Positions 18,874 through 28,938 are shown, counted from the first letter of the stretch. The stretch is DNA of 64,000 nucleotides from an uncultured Caldilineaceae bacterium (GCA_964443075.1 CAYUCB010000001.1:23778-87777), one strand, 5' to 3'. Made by a program: numbers and translations. The notes: generated by a model from the letters alone, not told the origin.

Positions 18874-20109
18874 ATGAAAAATTTAGTAGTTCTCGGCGCC
18901 GGGACCGCCGGCACCATGGTGGTTAACAAACTCAGCCACGAACTGGACATGACTGAGTGGAAGGTTACTATCGTTGACCAGCATGAAACTCATTATTACC
19001 AGCCTGGTTTCCTCTTTATCCCCTTTGGTATTTACGGTCCCAACGATGTGGTCAAACCCAAGCGCGATTTCATCCCCGCCGGGGTAGAAATGATTGTTTC
19101 TGAAATTGTGCAAATTGAGCCGGAACAGAACCGGGTGCGGCTGGCTAAAGATAACCGCTCGCTTAACTATGATTTTCTGGTCATCGCCACCGGCACCCAT
19201 CCCCGGCCCGATCAAACCCCCGGCCTGACCGAGGGCGAATGGCGCAAATCTATCCACGATTTTTACACCTTTGAAGGCGCGGTAGCTCTGGCCAAACATT
19301 TGCGCACCTGGCCCGGCGGCCGCCTGGTGGTCAACATTATGGAAATGCCCTTTAAATGCCCCGTCGCCCCGCTGGAATTTCTCTTTCTGGCCGACTCGCA
19401 CTTTCACAAATTAGGTATCCGCGACAAGGTTGACCTGACTCTGGTGACACCCTTACCTGGCGCTTTTACCAAGCCCCTGGCGGCCAAACTGCTGGGCAAT
19501 ATGCTCGATGAAAAGAACATCAAAGTGGTGCCTGAGTTTATGGTAGAACACGTTGACCCGGAGCAAAAACTACTGGTGGCCTACGACGAAACCGAAGTGC
19601 CCTATGACCTGCTGGTGACGGTGCCGGTGAACATGGGCGCCGAAGTGATTGAGCGTTCTGGCCTGGGCGACGAACTCAACCACGTGCCGGTAGACAAACA
19701 CACCTTCCTTTCCACCCAATATGATAACATCTTTGCTCTGGGCGATGCGGCCAACCTGCCCACCTCTAAAGCCGGCTCGGTGGCCCACTTTGCCGTTGAA
19801 ATCTTTACCGAAAACTTCTTGCGCTACCTTGACGGCCAGGTTATGACCGGTCAGTTTGATGGTCACGCCAACTGCTACATTGAATCTGGTTTTGGCAAAG
19901 GTATTTTGATTGATTTTAACTACGATGTCGAACCGCTGCCGGGCAAATTCCCCCTGCCGGGCATTGGCCCCTTCTCCTTGCTGCAAGAATCAGAAATGAA
20001 CCACTGGGGCAAAATGATGTTCCGCTGGATTTACTGGAATATTCTGCTCAAAGGCAAAGAAATGCCCATCCCCGCCCATATGATGATGGCCGGCAAATGG
20101 CAAAACTAG
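18874..20109 (+). CDS. FAD-dependent pyridine nucleotide-disulfide oxidoreductase, sulfide:quinone oxidoreductase/NDH-2-like
   Basis: 'VVLGAGTAGT' FAD-binding GxGxxG; about 411 aa. Operon context with DUF1641, TusE and DsrE. Confidence 0.65.
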   Translation: MKNLVVLGAGTAGTMVVNKLSHELDMTEWKVTIVDQHETHYYQPGFLFIPFGIYGPNDVVKPKRDFIPAGVEMIVSEIVQIEPEQNRVRLAKDNRSLNYDFLVIATGTHPRPDQTPGLTEGEWRKSIHDFYTFEGAVALAKHLRTWPGGRLVVNIMEMPFKCPVAPLEFLFLADSHFHKLGIRDKVDLTLVTPLPGAFTKPLAAKLLGNMLDEKNIKVVPEFMVEHVDPEQKLLVAYDETEVPYDLLVTVPVNMGAEVIERSGLGDELNHVPVDKHTFLSTQYDNIFALGDAANLPTSKAGSVAHFAVEIFTENFLRYLDGQVMTGQFDGHANCYIESGFGKGILIDFNYDVEPLPGKFPLPGIGPFSLLQESEMNHWGKMMFRWIYWNILLKGKEMPIPAHMMMAGKWQN

Positions 20110-20119
20110 GAGGCATCTG

Positions 20120-20797
20120 ATGGAACAACTCCTCAGCCCGGATCAAACCCTGTTGGAATTAAACCAGAAGCTCGACAAGCTGGCCGTGCAGGTTGAATTT
20201 TTAACCGAAGAAGCCCTGCGTCAAAAGCGCCGCCAGCAAGAGTGGGATGAACTTAAAGATGACTTGATTCCAATTGGCAGTGAAGCTTTTCGCCTGACGG
20301 TAGAACAGCTTAACGAAGTAGAGCAGTACGCCCAGTTAGAAGACGTGCTGCGGCTGGCCAAGCGGTTATTACGCAACACTCGCAACCTGGAACTCATGCT
20401 GGACCAATTAGAAAGCATGGCCGAGTTGGTGCAGAATGTCAGTCCGCTCTCACGCGATGCCTTTATGACCTTGATGTATCGCCTCAACGAGATGGAGCAA
20501 AAAGGTTACTTTGTTTTCTTGCAAGGTGGGCTGGATATTGCCGACCGGGTAGTAACCTCTTTTAGCCAGGATGATGTGCGCCAGTTGGGCGATAACATCG
20601 TGCTCATCCTGCAAACCGTTAAAGAGATGACCCAGCCCCAAATTATGGAAATGCTGCGCCACACCGCCCAGGCGGTTAACGAAGAAGAACCGGTGGATAC
20701 CTCATTACTGGGAATTGTGCGCCAGTTAAACGATCCCTCGGTGAAAAAGGGACTGGCTAAAACCCTGCAAGTCTTAAAATCAGTGGGAAATAATTGA
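20120..20797 (+). CDS. DUF1641-like helical protein
   Basis: Helical protein directly downstream of the flavoprotein, as typical for DUF1641. Confidence 0.45.
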   Translation: MEQLLSPDQTLLELNQKLDKLAVQVEFLTEEALRQKRRQQEWDELKDDLIPIGSEAFRLTVEQLNEVEQYAQLEDVLRLAKRLLRNTRNLELMLDQLESMAELVQNVSPLSRDAFMTLMYRLNEMEQKGYFVFLQGGLDIADRVVTSFSQDDVRQLGDNIVLILQTVKEMTQPQIMEMLRHTAQAVNEEEPVDTSLLGIVRQLNDPSVKKGLAKTLQVLKSVGNN

Positions 20798-20861
20798 GAG
20801 ACGGCTGTCCGTCTCCGGCTGAATAAAAAATATAAACAAAGCTACAAAAGGAGCTATATCT

Positions 20862-21179
20862 ATGTCAACCCGAGAAATTGCTGGTAAAACTGTTGAATTT
20901 GATGGCGAGGGCTTTCTGGTTAACCCAACGGATTGGACTAAAGACATCGCCCTGGCCCTGGCCGAGGATGAGGGTCTGGCCCAACTCAACCCCGATCACT
21001 GGAAAGTGATTGATTTCTGCCGCGCCGATTACCAGAAGCAAGGCGAAGCGCCCACCCTGCGGCGTATCACCAAAGAAGGCGGCGTTTCTACCAAAGAGCT
21101 GTACACCCTCTTTCCCAAAGGGCCGGCCAAAAAAGTCGCCCGTATTGCCGGTTTGCACAAACCCACCGGCTGTATCTAA
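20862..21179 (+). CDS. TusE/DsrC-family sulfur relay protein
   Basis: C-terminal 'AGLHKPTGCI' with the conserved penultimate Cys. Confidence 0.7.
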   Translation: MSTREIAGKTVEFDGEGFLVNPTDWTKDIALALAEDEGLAQLNPDHWKVIDFCRADYQKQGEAPTLRRITKEGGVSTKELYTLFPKGPAKKVARIAGLHKPTGCI

Positions 21180-21301
21180 ATAGAACAGGTAACAAAGTAG
21201 CACGCCCTTCGGCGCACCCGAAGGGGTGAGGTAGCATTATCATCTTTATTCGACGGTCGGCGGTCTGCCGTCGGCGGTCTATTTACAAGGGAGATTAACT
21301 A

Positions 21302-21775
21302 ATGGCTGACAATAACGGCACGCGCAAACTTTCTATCATTTGCTCTAAAGGCACCCTGGATATGGCTTACCCTGGTCTGATTCTGGCTAACGCCGCCCTG
21401 ATGGAAGGCATTGATGTTAATGTATTTTTCACCTTTTGGGGCCTGGATATGGTTAACAAAAAGAAGATGACCCACCTTAAGGCCACCCCGCTGGGCAACC
21501 CCAGCATGGGCATGCCCAACATTGTGAGTATTTTGCCGGGCGTGACCAGCATGGCCACTAGCATGATGAAAAAAGAGATTGAAAAGCTCGACTTTCCGCC
21601 GGTGGATGAATTCTTGGAAATGATTCACGATGCCGGCGGTCACCTGTACGGCTGCCGCATGGCTATGGACATGATGAAACTCACCAAAGACGACCTGTGC
21701 ACCGAGGTTGATGAGGTCATCGGGGCCATGGAATTTATGGAAATCAGCGACGGCGGGCAGATTATCTTTATTTAG
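21302..21775 (+). CDS. DsrE/DsrF-like family protein
   Basis: 'SIICSKGTLDMAYPGLILANAA...' DsrE-like fold with the conserved Cys. Confidence 0.6.
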   Translation: MADNNGTRKLSIICSKGTLDMAYPGLILANAALMEGIDVNVFFTFWGLDMVNKKKMTHLKATPLGNPSMGMPNIVSILPGVTSMATSMMKKEIEKLDFPPVDEFLEMIHDAGGHLYGCRMAMDMMKLTKDDLCTEVDEVIGAMEFMEISDGGQIIFI

Positions 21776-21794
21776 GCTTCCCCCCTTCTTCTTA

Positions 21795-21836
21795 AAACAA
21801 AAACGGCCAGAACTGATCTGGCCGTTTTTGTTTGGA
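21795..21836. terminator. Bidirectional intrinsic terminator (aaaacggccag-aactgatc-tggccgtttttgttt)
   Basis: Hairpin flanked by A- and T-runs between convergent genes. Confidence 0.7.
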
Positions 21837-21848
21837 GAAGCAAACAAA

Positions 21849-22148
21849 TTACTCGTAATGATAACGCGCCTGGATAAAATCCACTCGGTCGCCGCTGACT
21901 ACATAAACCAGGCGATGTTCCTGACTAATCCGGCGCGACCAAATACCGGCCCCCAAATATTTGAGAGGTTCAGGCTTGCCGAGGCCGCTAAACGGCTCAC
22001 GCATAACCTCTTCAACCAGGGTTAAGATACGCAAGGCAGTGCGCCGGTCCGTTTCAACCCAATAGCGCAAATCTTCTCTAAATTCAGGCTGAAAGACAGC
22101 GACACGTTGAACTGGCGGGTCATTTGGCCGAGTCAAGGCCAACCTCAC
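21849..22148 (-). CDS. yoeB: YoeB/Txe-family toxin
   Basis: 'FREDLRYWVETD...EHRLVYVV..DRVDFIQARYHYE' with the C-terminal RYHY hallmark. Start uncertain (GTG/TTG around 22142-22148). Confidence 0.7.
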   Translation of the reverse strand: MRLALTRPNDPPVQRVAVFQPEFREDLRYWVETDRRTALRILTLVEEVMREPFSGLGKPEPLKYLGAGIWSRRISQEHRLVYVVSGDRVDFIQARYHYE

Positions 22149-22407
22149 GGCGCAATTCGGCAATGGTTTGGGGTGAGATGACTTGCTCTGATACGCGCGT
22201 CAGGGCCGTAAATAGCCGTTGCGCATTGGCCGGTGAGCGCAGCAGGTGGGCCGTTTCTAACAGCCCAGATAACTCATCGGCGGCAATTAACGCCACTGAC
22301 TCGCCGCTGCGACGGGTGATAATCACCACTTCTCTATCCTCAGTAACCTGATCAAACAGGTGAGCCAGATTTGAGCGAGCCTGAGTGTAAGTTGTTTGGA
22401 TGGTCAT
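22120..22407 (-). CDS. yefM: YefM/Phd-family antitoxin
   Basis: 'MTIQTTYTQARSNLAHLFDQV..REVVIITRRSGESVALIAADELSGLLETAHLL'. Confidence 0.7.
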   Translation of the reverse strand: MTIQTTYTQARSNLAHLFDQVTEDREVVIITRRSGESVALIAADELSGLLETAHLLRSPANAQRLFTALTRVSEQVISPQTIAELRREVGLDSAK

Positions 22408-22566
22408 AATTTTACCCGAATGTACAGACTTACTGTACATTATAGCCGAAAGCCTCTAACCTGGCAAGAATTGATTTAAAAAGAGCAGACCCTAAAGGTT
22501 TCATTTAGGGTCTTCGATTTAAAGATAAAAAGTGTGACGATTTAAACCTGTCACACTTTAGCGTAA

Positions 22567-22640
22567 GGGTGGCTGAAGGGGCTCGAACCCTTAGCCTTCT
22601 GGGCCACAACCAGATGCTCCACCATTGAGCTACAGCCACC
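22567..22640 (-). tRNA. tRNA-His (GTG)
   Basis: Manual fold: acceptor GGTGGCT/AGCCACC, anticodon loop TTGTGGC, T-loop GGTTCGAGCC. No G-1 or CCA encoded. Confidence 0.8.
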
Positions 22641-22655
22641 ATAAGCCTGCGGCGA

Positions 22656-22728
22656 TGCCGCATACGGGATTCGAACCCGTGTTACCGCCTTGAGAGGGCG
22701 GCGTCCTGGGCCACTAGACGAATGCGGC
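22656..22728 (-). tRNA. tRNA-Glu (CTC)
   Basis: Manual fold: acceptor GCCGCAT/ATGCGGC, anticodon loop CTCTCAA, TTCGAATCC T-loop. Confidence 0.8.
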
Positions 22729-22743
22729 CAATTGCTTGAGGCA

Positions 22744-22828
<85 letters not shown>

Positions 22829-22979
22829 TCGTCCATCAGTTTTTAAGCGCGTTACCGCGCACCGCAATTGACGGGGGCTATTTTACCTCAACTCGCCCTA
22901 CCCGTCAATTCCTACCGCTTCATAAAGAAGCGAAGAGGCGACAAAACTCCTCGCGTCCTCGCCTCATCGCGTCCTCGTT

Positions 22980-23747
22980 TCACCCCTCCACAATATCACC
23001 CTTTTGCAGTTCCAACTCGCGCAGGCGGCGCTGAATTTGCCCAATATCTTCGGTGCGGTTGCCGCCGTTGGTTAACTGGTCAACCAGTTGGCCGTCCATT
23101 AAAAATACAATCCGGTCGGCAAAACTGGCGGCAAAGGCGTCGTGCGTTACCATCACAATCGTCTGCCCCAGTTCATCGCACGAGTGGCGCAGCAGCCGTA
23201 AAATCTCGCTGCTGGTCTGGCTGTCGAGGTTGCCGGTTGGCTCATCGGCCAGCACCATATCGGGGTTGGTGACAAAAGCGCGGGCAATCGCCACCCGCTG
23301 CTGCTGCCCCCCGGAAAGCTGATCTGGTTTGTGGCTTTTGCGCTCGCTCAAGCCGACCATTTTTAGCACCCCCTCAATTCGCTCCTGGTGGGCCTTAAGG
23401 TTTTGCCCGTCAATCAGTAGGGGCAGGGCCACATTTTCTTCGGCGCTCAGGGTGGGCAGCAAGTTGAAAAATTGAAAGATAAAACCCACATTACGCCGCC
23501 GGATGAGCGTAACCTCGTTGTCATTCAACAGCGAAAGCTGCCGTCCCCCCAGCTTTACCTCCCCCTCCGATGGCCCATCCAGCCCGCCCAGCAGGTGCAG
23601 CAAGGTGCTTTTACCACTGCCGCTTGGCCCCATAATGGCTACAAACTCGCCCCGCTCTACCGTAAAATTCACCCCGGCCAGCGCGTCAACCGTTACCTCG
23701 CCCATTTTGTAACGCTTTTTCAGGTTTGTTGTTTCCAGAATTGGCAT
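22980..23747 (-). CDS. ABC transporter ATP-binding protein (MacB/LolD/FtsE-like)
   Basis: Walker A 'GPSGSGKST', signature 'LSGGQQQR', Walker B 'VLADEPTGNLD'. Confidence 0.85.
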   Translation of the reverse strand: MPILETTNLKKRYKMGEVTVDALAGVNFTVERGEFVAIMGPSGSGKSTLLHLLGGLDGPSEGEVKLGGRQLSLLNDNEVTLIRRRNVGFIFQFFNLLPTLSAEENVALPLLIDGQNLKAHQERIEGVLKMVGLSERKSHKPDQLSGGQQQRVAIARAFVTNPDMVLADEPTGNLDSQTSSEILRLLRHSCDELGQTIVMVTHDAFAASFADRIVFLMDGQLVDQLTNGGNRTEDIGQIQRRLRELELQKGDIVEG

Positions 23748-23872
23748 ACACTTCTTTCTCTATGATATAATTACCATAAAATTTAGCCGGTTGGGAGATT
23801 GAAAGGGACTTACTCCACCCTAAAAATCTCCGTTCCTCAATCCTCTATTGAGCATACTTTCCGCAAAGTGAC

Positions 23873-24901
23873 TTGTCAACAAGTTCGGGTAAAAACAAAG
23901 CCATGAAAATTCAAATCAAATCACTTGAAGTAAAAAATTGCGGGCCATTGCGTGATGTTGAGATTGATTTTACCACCAATGGCCTGCCCCGACCTGTTAC
24001 CATTATCGGGGGAGCCAATGGGAGTGGCAAGACGACAATCTTGGAATTAATTGTGGCCCTGGCCCATTTTTGGTTGCGTCATGATGTTTTATCTGAAGAA
24101 ATAGATGAAGATTTGATACCTCCAGAAATGGGTATTTTGAGGCAGACAGAAGCCGCCAGAATAAACTTGTTGATTGATGGTGACGATTTTAGTATCATCT
24201 GGCAAAGATCCACCGGAAAAAGACATTGGAATAATAAAAATCAGATTTCTACAAAAAATAAAATCAAAAAATTTCTAAATGCCCTGAAGAAACAAACACA
24301 AAAAGAACCAGTTGAAACCATAGTCGGGGTGTCTCTCTCTCAGTTGCCACTTGATTTAGCCTCTATTCTATACTTTCCTCATTATCGCCGCATCCAACCA
24401 ACGGCAAGTTCTAGCATAACTAAAGAAGACATCTCTTATAAATGGGTCTATCGTTATGAGATAGTAAACTCATTTGCCGGTTCTCTTGATAGTTATTTTG
24501 TTTGGCTTGATTACGCTTATTCAACACAGTTCATAGCGGTTAAGCAATTTCTTAATGAAACTGTTTTAGTTAATAAAGCGATTGATAACGTAGATCGCTC
24601 TAAATTAGTCACCATGGTTAAATTAGCCAATGGCCAAACCCACCGACTGGATGAACTTAGCTCTGGCGAACAAAACCTGCTCATTATCATGTTAGAACTT
24701 TGGCGGCGGTTGTTGCCCGGCAGTATCGTGCTCATTGACGAAATCGAAAATAGCCTGCACCCTGCATTTCAACATCGCTTGGCCGAAGCTTTGCTTAAGT
24801 TGCAAGCAAAAGTGCCCTTCCAATTAATTGTAACTACCCACGCCCCCAGTTTCTTGGATACGTTTGGGCCTGAGTCTACCCTTTTGCTAACGGAGTTTTA
24901 G
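23873..24901 (+). CDS. ABC-type (AAA_21/AAA_15-like) ATPase, PARIS AriA-like / AbiL-like defence ATPase
   Basis: Walker A 'GANGSGKTT', Walker B/H-loop 'VLIDEIENSLHP'. AT-rich; real start probably MKIQIK at 23903. Confidence 0.6.
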   Translation: MSTSSGKNKAMKIQIKSLEVKNCGPLRDVEIDFTTNGLPRPVTIIGGANGSGKTTILELIVALAHFWLRHDVLSEEIDEDLIPPEMGILRQTEAARINLLIDGDDFSIIWQRSTGKRHWNNKNQISTKNKIKKFLNALKKQTQKEPVETIVGVSLSQLPLDLASILYFPHYRRIQPTASSSITKEDISYKWVYRYEIVNSFAGSLDSYFVWLDYAYSTQFIAVKQFLNETVLVNKAIDNVDRSKLVTMVKLANGQTHRLDELSSGEQNLLIIMLELWRRLLPGSIVLIDEIENSLHPAFQHRLAEALLKLQAKVPFQLIVTTHAPSFLDTFGPESTLLLTEF

Positions 24902-24902
24902 C

Positions 24903-25754
24903 ATGACCACCCGCAAAATTAAACCTCTGCCGGTTGATTTGACCTGGATACTTTTTGACTTGGGGCCGCGCAAACTTGTGTTGGTTGAAGGGGCTGATGA
25001 TGTTGAGGTTTTTCAAATATGGTATCGGGACCGCCGGAGTCAAATAGAATTTTATGCGGCGGAAGGGTACTCCAGTGTTGAGGTATTTTTAACGGAAATA
25101 CTCAACTATAGTTCCACCCGGCAAGCCTATGGCTTTATTGATCGAGATTTTCGTAGTGAAGCCGAAGTTGAGGCGCAATTAGCTAATCCTGAAACGCGCC
25201 TTTTTATCTTGCGTCGTTACGCCTTGGAGAACTATTTATTAGACCCAAGAGCTGTATTTGAAGAATTAAGCCTCTTATACCCCGGTCAAAATTTACAAAT
25301 TACCGATGTATCAGATATGACTCGTGATTTGCTTAATCTGTGCTCTCAACTCAAACCTATTATGGCGGCCAACTGGGTTTTTTGGGATGAAAATCTTGTC
25401 AGAGATACCAACCGTATCAACTATTTTTCGATAGGCTTTCCAACCAATAACCGGCTTTTGTTAATCCAAGAAATGGCTAAAAAGTTAGAGTGGGTGGAAG
25501 CAGAGGCCGAACGCGGTATTTTAGAGAAAGAGACTTTTTTAGAAACCGCATTAGCTCATCTGGATTCTGCCTACTGCTACATTGATGGAAAACGATTACT
25601 AAGGTTATTGGGACAAACGTATCATATTCCTCATTTGGGCCATTTCCGTCGCCTCTTGGCTCGAACTACCCAGCAATTTGAATTGCCCCCCGACATTCAG
25701 ACGATTGTTGAAAAACGTATCCTCGGTCGAGGCGGCGAAGAGCAAGCCTTGTGA
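24903..25754 (+). CDS. DUF4435/TOPRIM (OLD-family-like) nuclease-domain protein, PARIS AriB-like
   Basis: 'LVLVEGADDVEVF' TOPRIM Glu and 'GFIDRDF' DxD. Separated from the upstream ATPase by 1 nt. Confidence 0.6.
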   Translation: MTTRKIKPLPVDLTWILFDLGPRKLVLVEGADDVEVFQIWYRDRRSQIEFYAAEGYSSVEVFLTEILNYSSTRQAYGFIDRDFRSEAEVEAQLANPETRLFILRRYALENYLLDPRAVFEELSLLYPGQNLQITDVSDMTRDLLNLCSQLKPIMAANWVFWDENLVRDTNRINYFSIGFPTNNRLLLIQEMAKKLEWVEAEAERGILEKETFLETALAHLDSAYCYIDGKRLLRLLGQTYHIPHLGHFRRLLARTTQQFELPPDIQTIVEKRILGRGGEEQAL

Positions 25755-28700
25755 AAGTAAATGCTCCGCCAGCCAAAAGACAACTCCCTTGGGGACTCAT
25801 TCTTTTTACCTTCTTCATTCTCAGCCTGACCGCCGCCGGCTATTTTGCCTGGCAACTCCGGCGGGCCGCGCCTCTTCCCCTCGCTAACTTTTTGGCCGCC
25901 GACAAAGGTTACGGCGTCACCCTGCCTCTGGCCCAGGTCAACGAAACCGTTTTGGCCCAACTGCGTCAAAACGACCTCACCTGGCTGCGCTTACCGCTCG
26001 ATTGGGCCAGCCTGGAACCGGCCCCCGGCCAATTCAACTGGGCCGAGCTTGACCGGGCGCTGGCGGAAGCAGGGCCAGATTTTAAGATAATCGCCGTTTT
26101 GCAAACCACGCCGGAGTGGGCCAGGCCGGCCAACTCCCCGCCGATGACCCCGCCCGCCGAAACCGGCGATTTTGGCAACTTTGCCCGCGCCCTGGCCGTC
26201 CGTTACGGCGATAAAATTGAGGCTTACCAAATCTGGCATGAGCCAAACCTCAGCGCCAACTGGGGTAATGGCTTTGTTGACCCCTCCGCCTATGCCGACC
26301 TGCTGCGCGAAGCCGCCCTTAACTTGCGCGCCGCCGACCCACAAGCGCTGATTCTGACCGCCGCCCTGGCCCCCACCCTGGAAAACGGCCCGCTCAACCT
26401 CAACGAACCAGCCTACCTGACGCAGCTTTATCAGGCCAAAGCCAACCGTTGGTTTGATATTGTTGCCGGGCAGCCTTACGGCTTTGACGCCGAGCCGGAC
26501 GACCCCGCCCGCCCCGACGCGCTCAACTTTGCCCGTTTGGAACTGCTGCGTCAAGTTATGCTGGCCCAGGGCGATGCCGCCACGCCCATTTGGGCCACCG
26601 CTTTTGGCTGGAACGCCCTGCCCGCTGATTGGGCCGGTCAGCCTTCGCCCTGGCGCAGCGACACTCCGGAAACCCAAGCCCATCGCACCGCCGCCGCCAT
26701 CGCCCAGGCCCGCCAAAACTGGCCCTGGCTTGGCCCCATGCTGGCTATTCGTTGGGACGCCGATGATTTGCCCGCCGCCGACCCGGTTCGCGGCTTTGCC
26801 TTAAGCCAAAACGAGCCGGTTTTGGCGGCGATTCGTGCCGCCGCCACCCAGTCTCCGCTGGCCTCCCCCGGCCGCTATCCCGTTGATCACCCCAGCGGCC
26901 TTTACAGTTCCGGCTGGCGTCTGGCCCAAACGAACGCTGACATTCCCCGCGAGGCCCCGCGCACCCTCACTCTTCCTTTTGAAGGCACTCGCCTCGATTT
27001 AACCATCCAACGCGGCCCGTTTCGCGGTTACTTATGGGTAACGGTTGACGGCCAACCGGCCAACGCCTTGCCCCGCGATGAGTCAGGCCGCAGCTACGTG
27101 GTGCTGTATGACCCCCTGCGCGAGTCAGCCGAAGTGACTTTGGCCCGCTATTTATCCCCCGGCCCGCACCAGGCGGTGATTGAAGCCGAGGGCGGCTGGG
27201 GGCAGTGGGCCATCACCGGCTGGACGGTTTCCCAGGAGCCTGACCCGCGCCCGGCCCCGCTGGGCTTAACCGTTGCCGGCACGTTGGCTCTGTTGGCCGG
27301 TTTGGGCTGGCTGCTCTGGTTATTACGCGCCCCGGCTGCCCTGGCCCGGCAACTGTGGGCCTGGGGCGAGGTTCTGGTGGCTCTTTTCGCTATTTTAGGG
27401 CCGCGCGGCCAGCTAGTAGTCACCTTTGCCCTGGCCCTGGCGGTTTATCTGCTGCCGGGGTGGGGCAGCTTGCTGTTTTTACCCCTGTTGGCTCTGGCGG
27501 TACTCATCCGGCCCGATTTGGGACTGGCCCTGGTTGCCTTTACCCTCTCCTTTTTTCTGGCTTATAAACAGTGGCCCATTGGCAGCTTTTCCCCGGTTGA
27601 GTTAGCCCTGGCGCTCTGCGCCGCCGGACTCGTTTTTCGGGTTTTACTGAGCTGGGGCCGCACTCGCTTTACTCCAGAAGAAGACCCTTCTTCCATTTAC
27701 CATTCACCATTCACCATTCACTATTCACAATTAGATTACGCTGCCCTGGCCTTGGTCGCCCTGAGTCTGGCCGCCACGATTGCCGCCGAAAACTTTGGCG
27801 TCAGTCTGCGCGAATGGCGAGTGGTGGTGGTCGAGTCGGTTATCTTCTACTTCTTGGTGCGCCTGGGCCTGGATTTTACCCCTCCCTCCCCGGTAGACCG
27901 CCGACCGCCGACCGCCGACCGCCAACCTGTCCCCACTCAACCTTCTAACCTTCCAACCCGCCAACCTTCTAACCTTCTAACCTTCCAACCCGTCAACCTT
28001 CCAACCCAATGGGTCTGGCGGCTGGTTGACGCCTTTGTAGCCGGAGCCGTACTCCAGGCGGCGATTGCCCTTTACCTCTACTTTTTCACCGAGCAAGCCA
28101 TCACCGCCGAGGGCGTGCGCCGGGCGATGGGGCTGGCCTACGGCTCACCTAACAACCTGGCCCTCTTTCTGGGCCGGGCCTGGCCGATTTTGCTGGCGGT
28201 AGCGCTCTTTCCCCATAACTCAACGAAACGCGCGCGCCGCTGGCTTTATGGAGTCGGGTTGGTGGTGGTCAGCCTGGCCCTTTACCTGACCTTTTCTAAA
28301 GGGGCTTTGCTGTTGGGGTTGCCCGCCGGGCTAGGGGCGATGGTTTTGCTCTATCTATGGCGCAGCCGGGCCGACCGGCCCCCATGGCGGCGGGCAATTT
28401 TCATCGCTGTGGCTGGGCTGGCGGTATTGGCTTTAGCCCTGATTCCCCTCAGCCAAACCGAGCGCTTCCGCACCACCTTTGATTTGAACCAGGGCAGCAC
28501 CGGCTTTTTCCGGTTGAAGCTGTGGCAGGCTTCGCTCAATATGCTGGCCGACCATTGGCCGCTGGGCGTTGGCCTGGATAACTTTTTGTACCAATATCGC
28601 ACTCGCTACATTTTGCCCGAAGCCTGGCAGGAACCCAACCTCAGCCATCCTCACAATTTAGTCTTAGATTTTGGCACGCGCCTGGGCCTGGGTGGGCTAG

Positions 28701-28909
28701 CCCTGCTGCTGTGGCTGCAAATTGCTTTCTGGCGCAGCGCCTGGCGCTTGTACCAACGTTGGCCCAACCCGCTGGCCCTCGGTTTAAGCGGCAGCATGGT
28801 TGTTTTTCTAGCGCACGGCCTGGTAGACAACTCTTACTTCCTGGTGGATTTGGCTTTTGCTTTCTTTTTGGTGGCCGGCCTGGTGCAGCGGTTGGCAGAG
28901 GAATCATAA
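25751..28909 (+). CDS. Large polytopic membrane protein: N-terminal TM, clan GH-A-like glycoside hydrolase domain, then multi-TM O-antigen-ligase/Wzy_C-like region with a Pro-rich repeat linker
   Basis: 'LRLPLDWASLEP..FNW', 'IWHEPN' (NEP-type catalytic motif) and at least 12 TM helices. Linker 'PTQPSNLPTRQPSNLLTFQPVNLPTQ' is encoded by ccaaccttc DNA repeats. Confidence 0.55.
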   Translation: MKVNAPPAKRQLPWGLILFTFFILSLTAAGYFAWQLRRAAPLPLANFLAADKGYGVTLPLAQVNETVLAQLRQNDLTWLRLPLDWASLEPAPGQFNWAELDRALAEAGPDFKIIAVLQTTPEWARPANSPPMTPPAETGDFGNFARALAVRYGDKIEAYQIWHEPNLSANWGNGFVDPSAYADLLREAALNLRAADPQALILTAALAPTLENGPLNLNEPAYLTQLYQAKANRWFDIVAGQPYGFDAEPDDPARPDALNFARLELLRQVMLAQGDAATPIWATAFGWNALPADWAGQPSPWRSDTPETQAHRTAAAIAQARQNWPWLGPMLAIRWDADDLPAADPVRGFALSQNEPVLAAIRAAATQSPLASPGRYPVDHPSGLYSSGWRLAQTNADIPREAPRTLTLPFEGTRLDLTIQRGPFRGYLWVTVDGQPANALPRDESGRSYVVLYDPLRESAEVTLARYLSPGPHQAVIEAEGGWGQWAITGWTVSQEPDPRPAPLGLTVAGTLALLAGLGWLLWLLRAPAALARQLWAWGEVLVALFAILGPRGQLVVTFALALAVYLLPGWGSLLFLPLLALAVLIRPDLGLALVAFTLSFFLAYKQWPIGSFSPVELALALCAAGLVFRVLLSWGRTRFTPEEDPSSIYHSPFTIHYSQLDYAALALVALSLAATIAAENFGVSLREWRVVVVESVIFYFLVRLGLDFTPPSPVDRRPPTADRQPVPTQPSNLPTRQPSNLLTFQPVNLPTQWVWRLVDAFVAGAVLQAAIALYLYFFTEQAITAEGVRRAMGLAYGSPNNLALFLGRAWPILLAVALFPHNSTKRARRWLYGVGLVVVSLALYLTFSKGALLLGLPAGLGAMVLLYLWRSRADRPPWRRAIFIAVAGLAVLALALIPLSQTERFRTTFDLNQGSTGFFRLKLWQASLNMLADHWPLGVGLDNFLYQYRTRYILPEAWQEPNLSHPHNLVLDFGTRLGLGGLALLLWLQIAFWRSAWRLYQRWPNPLALGLSGSMVVFLAHGLVDNSYFLVDLAFAFFLVAGLVQRLAEES

Positions 28910-28938
28910 CGAACCGCATCTGGCCTAAATAACCCAAA

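Noticed and set aside
18883-19407. 174-aa minus-strand ORF
   Set aside because: Antisense within the SQR-like flavoprotein gene.
25991-26716. 241-aa minus-strand ORF
   Set aside because: Antisense to the glycoside-hydrolase-like domain of the 1052-aa protein; Gly-rich shadow ORF.
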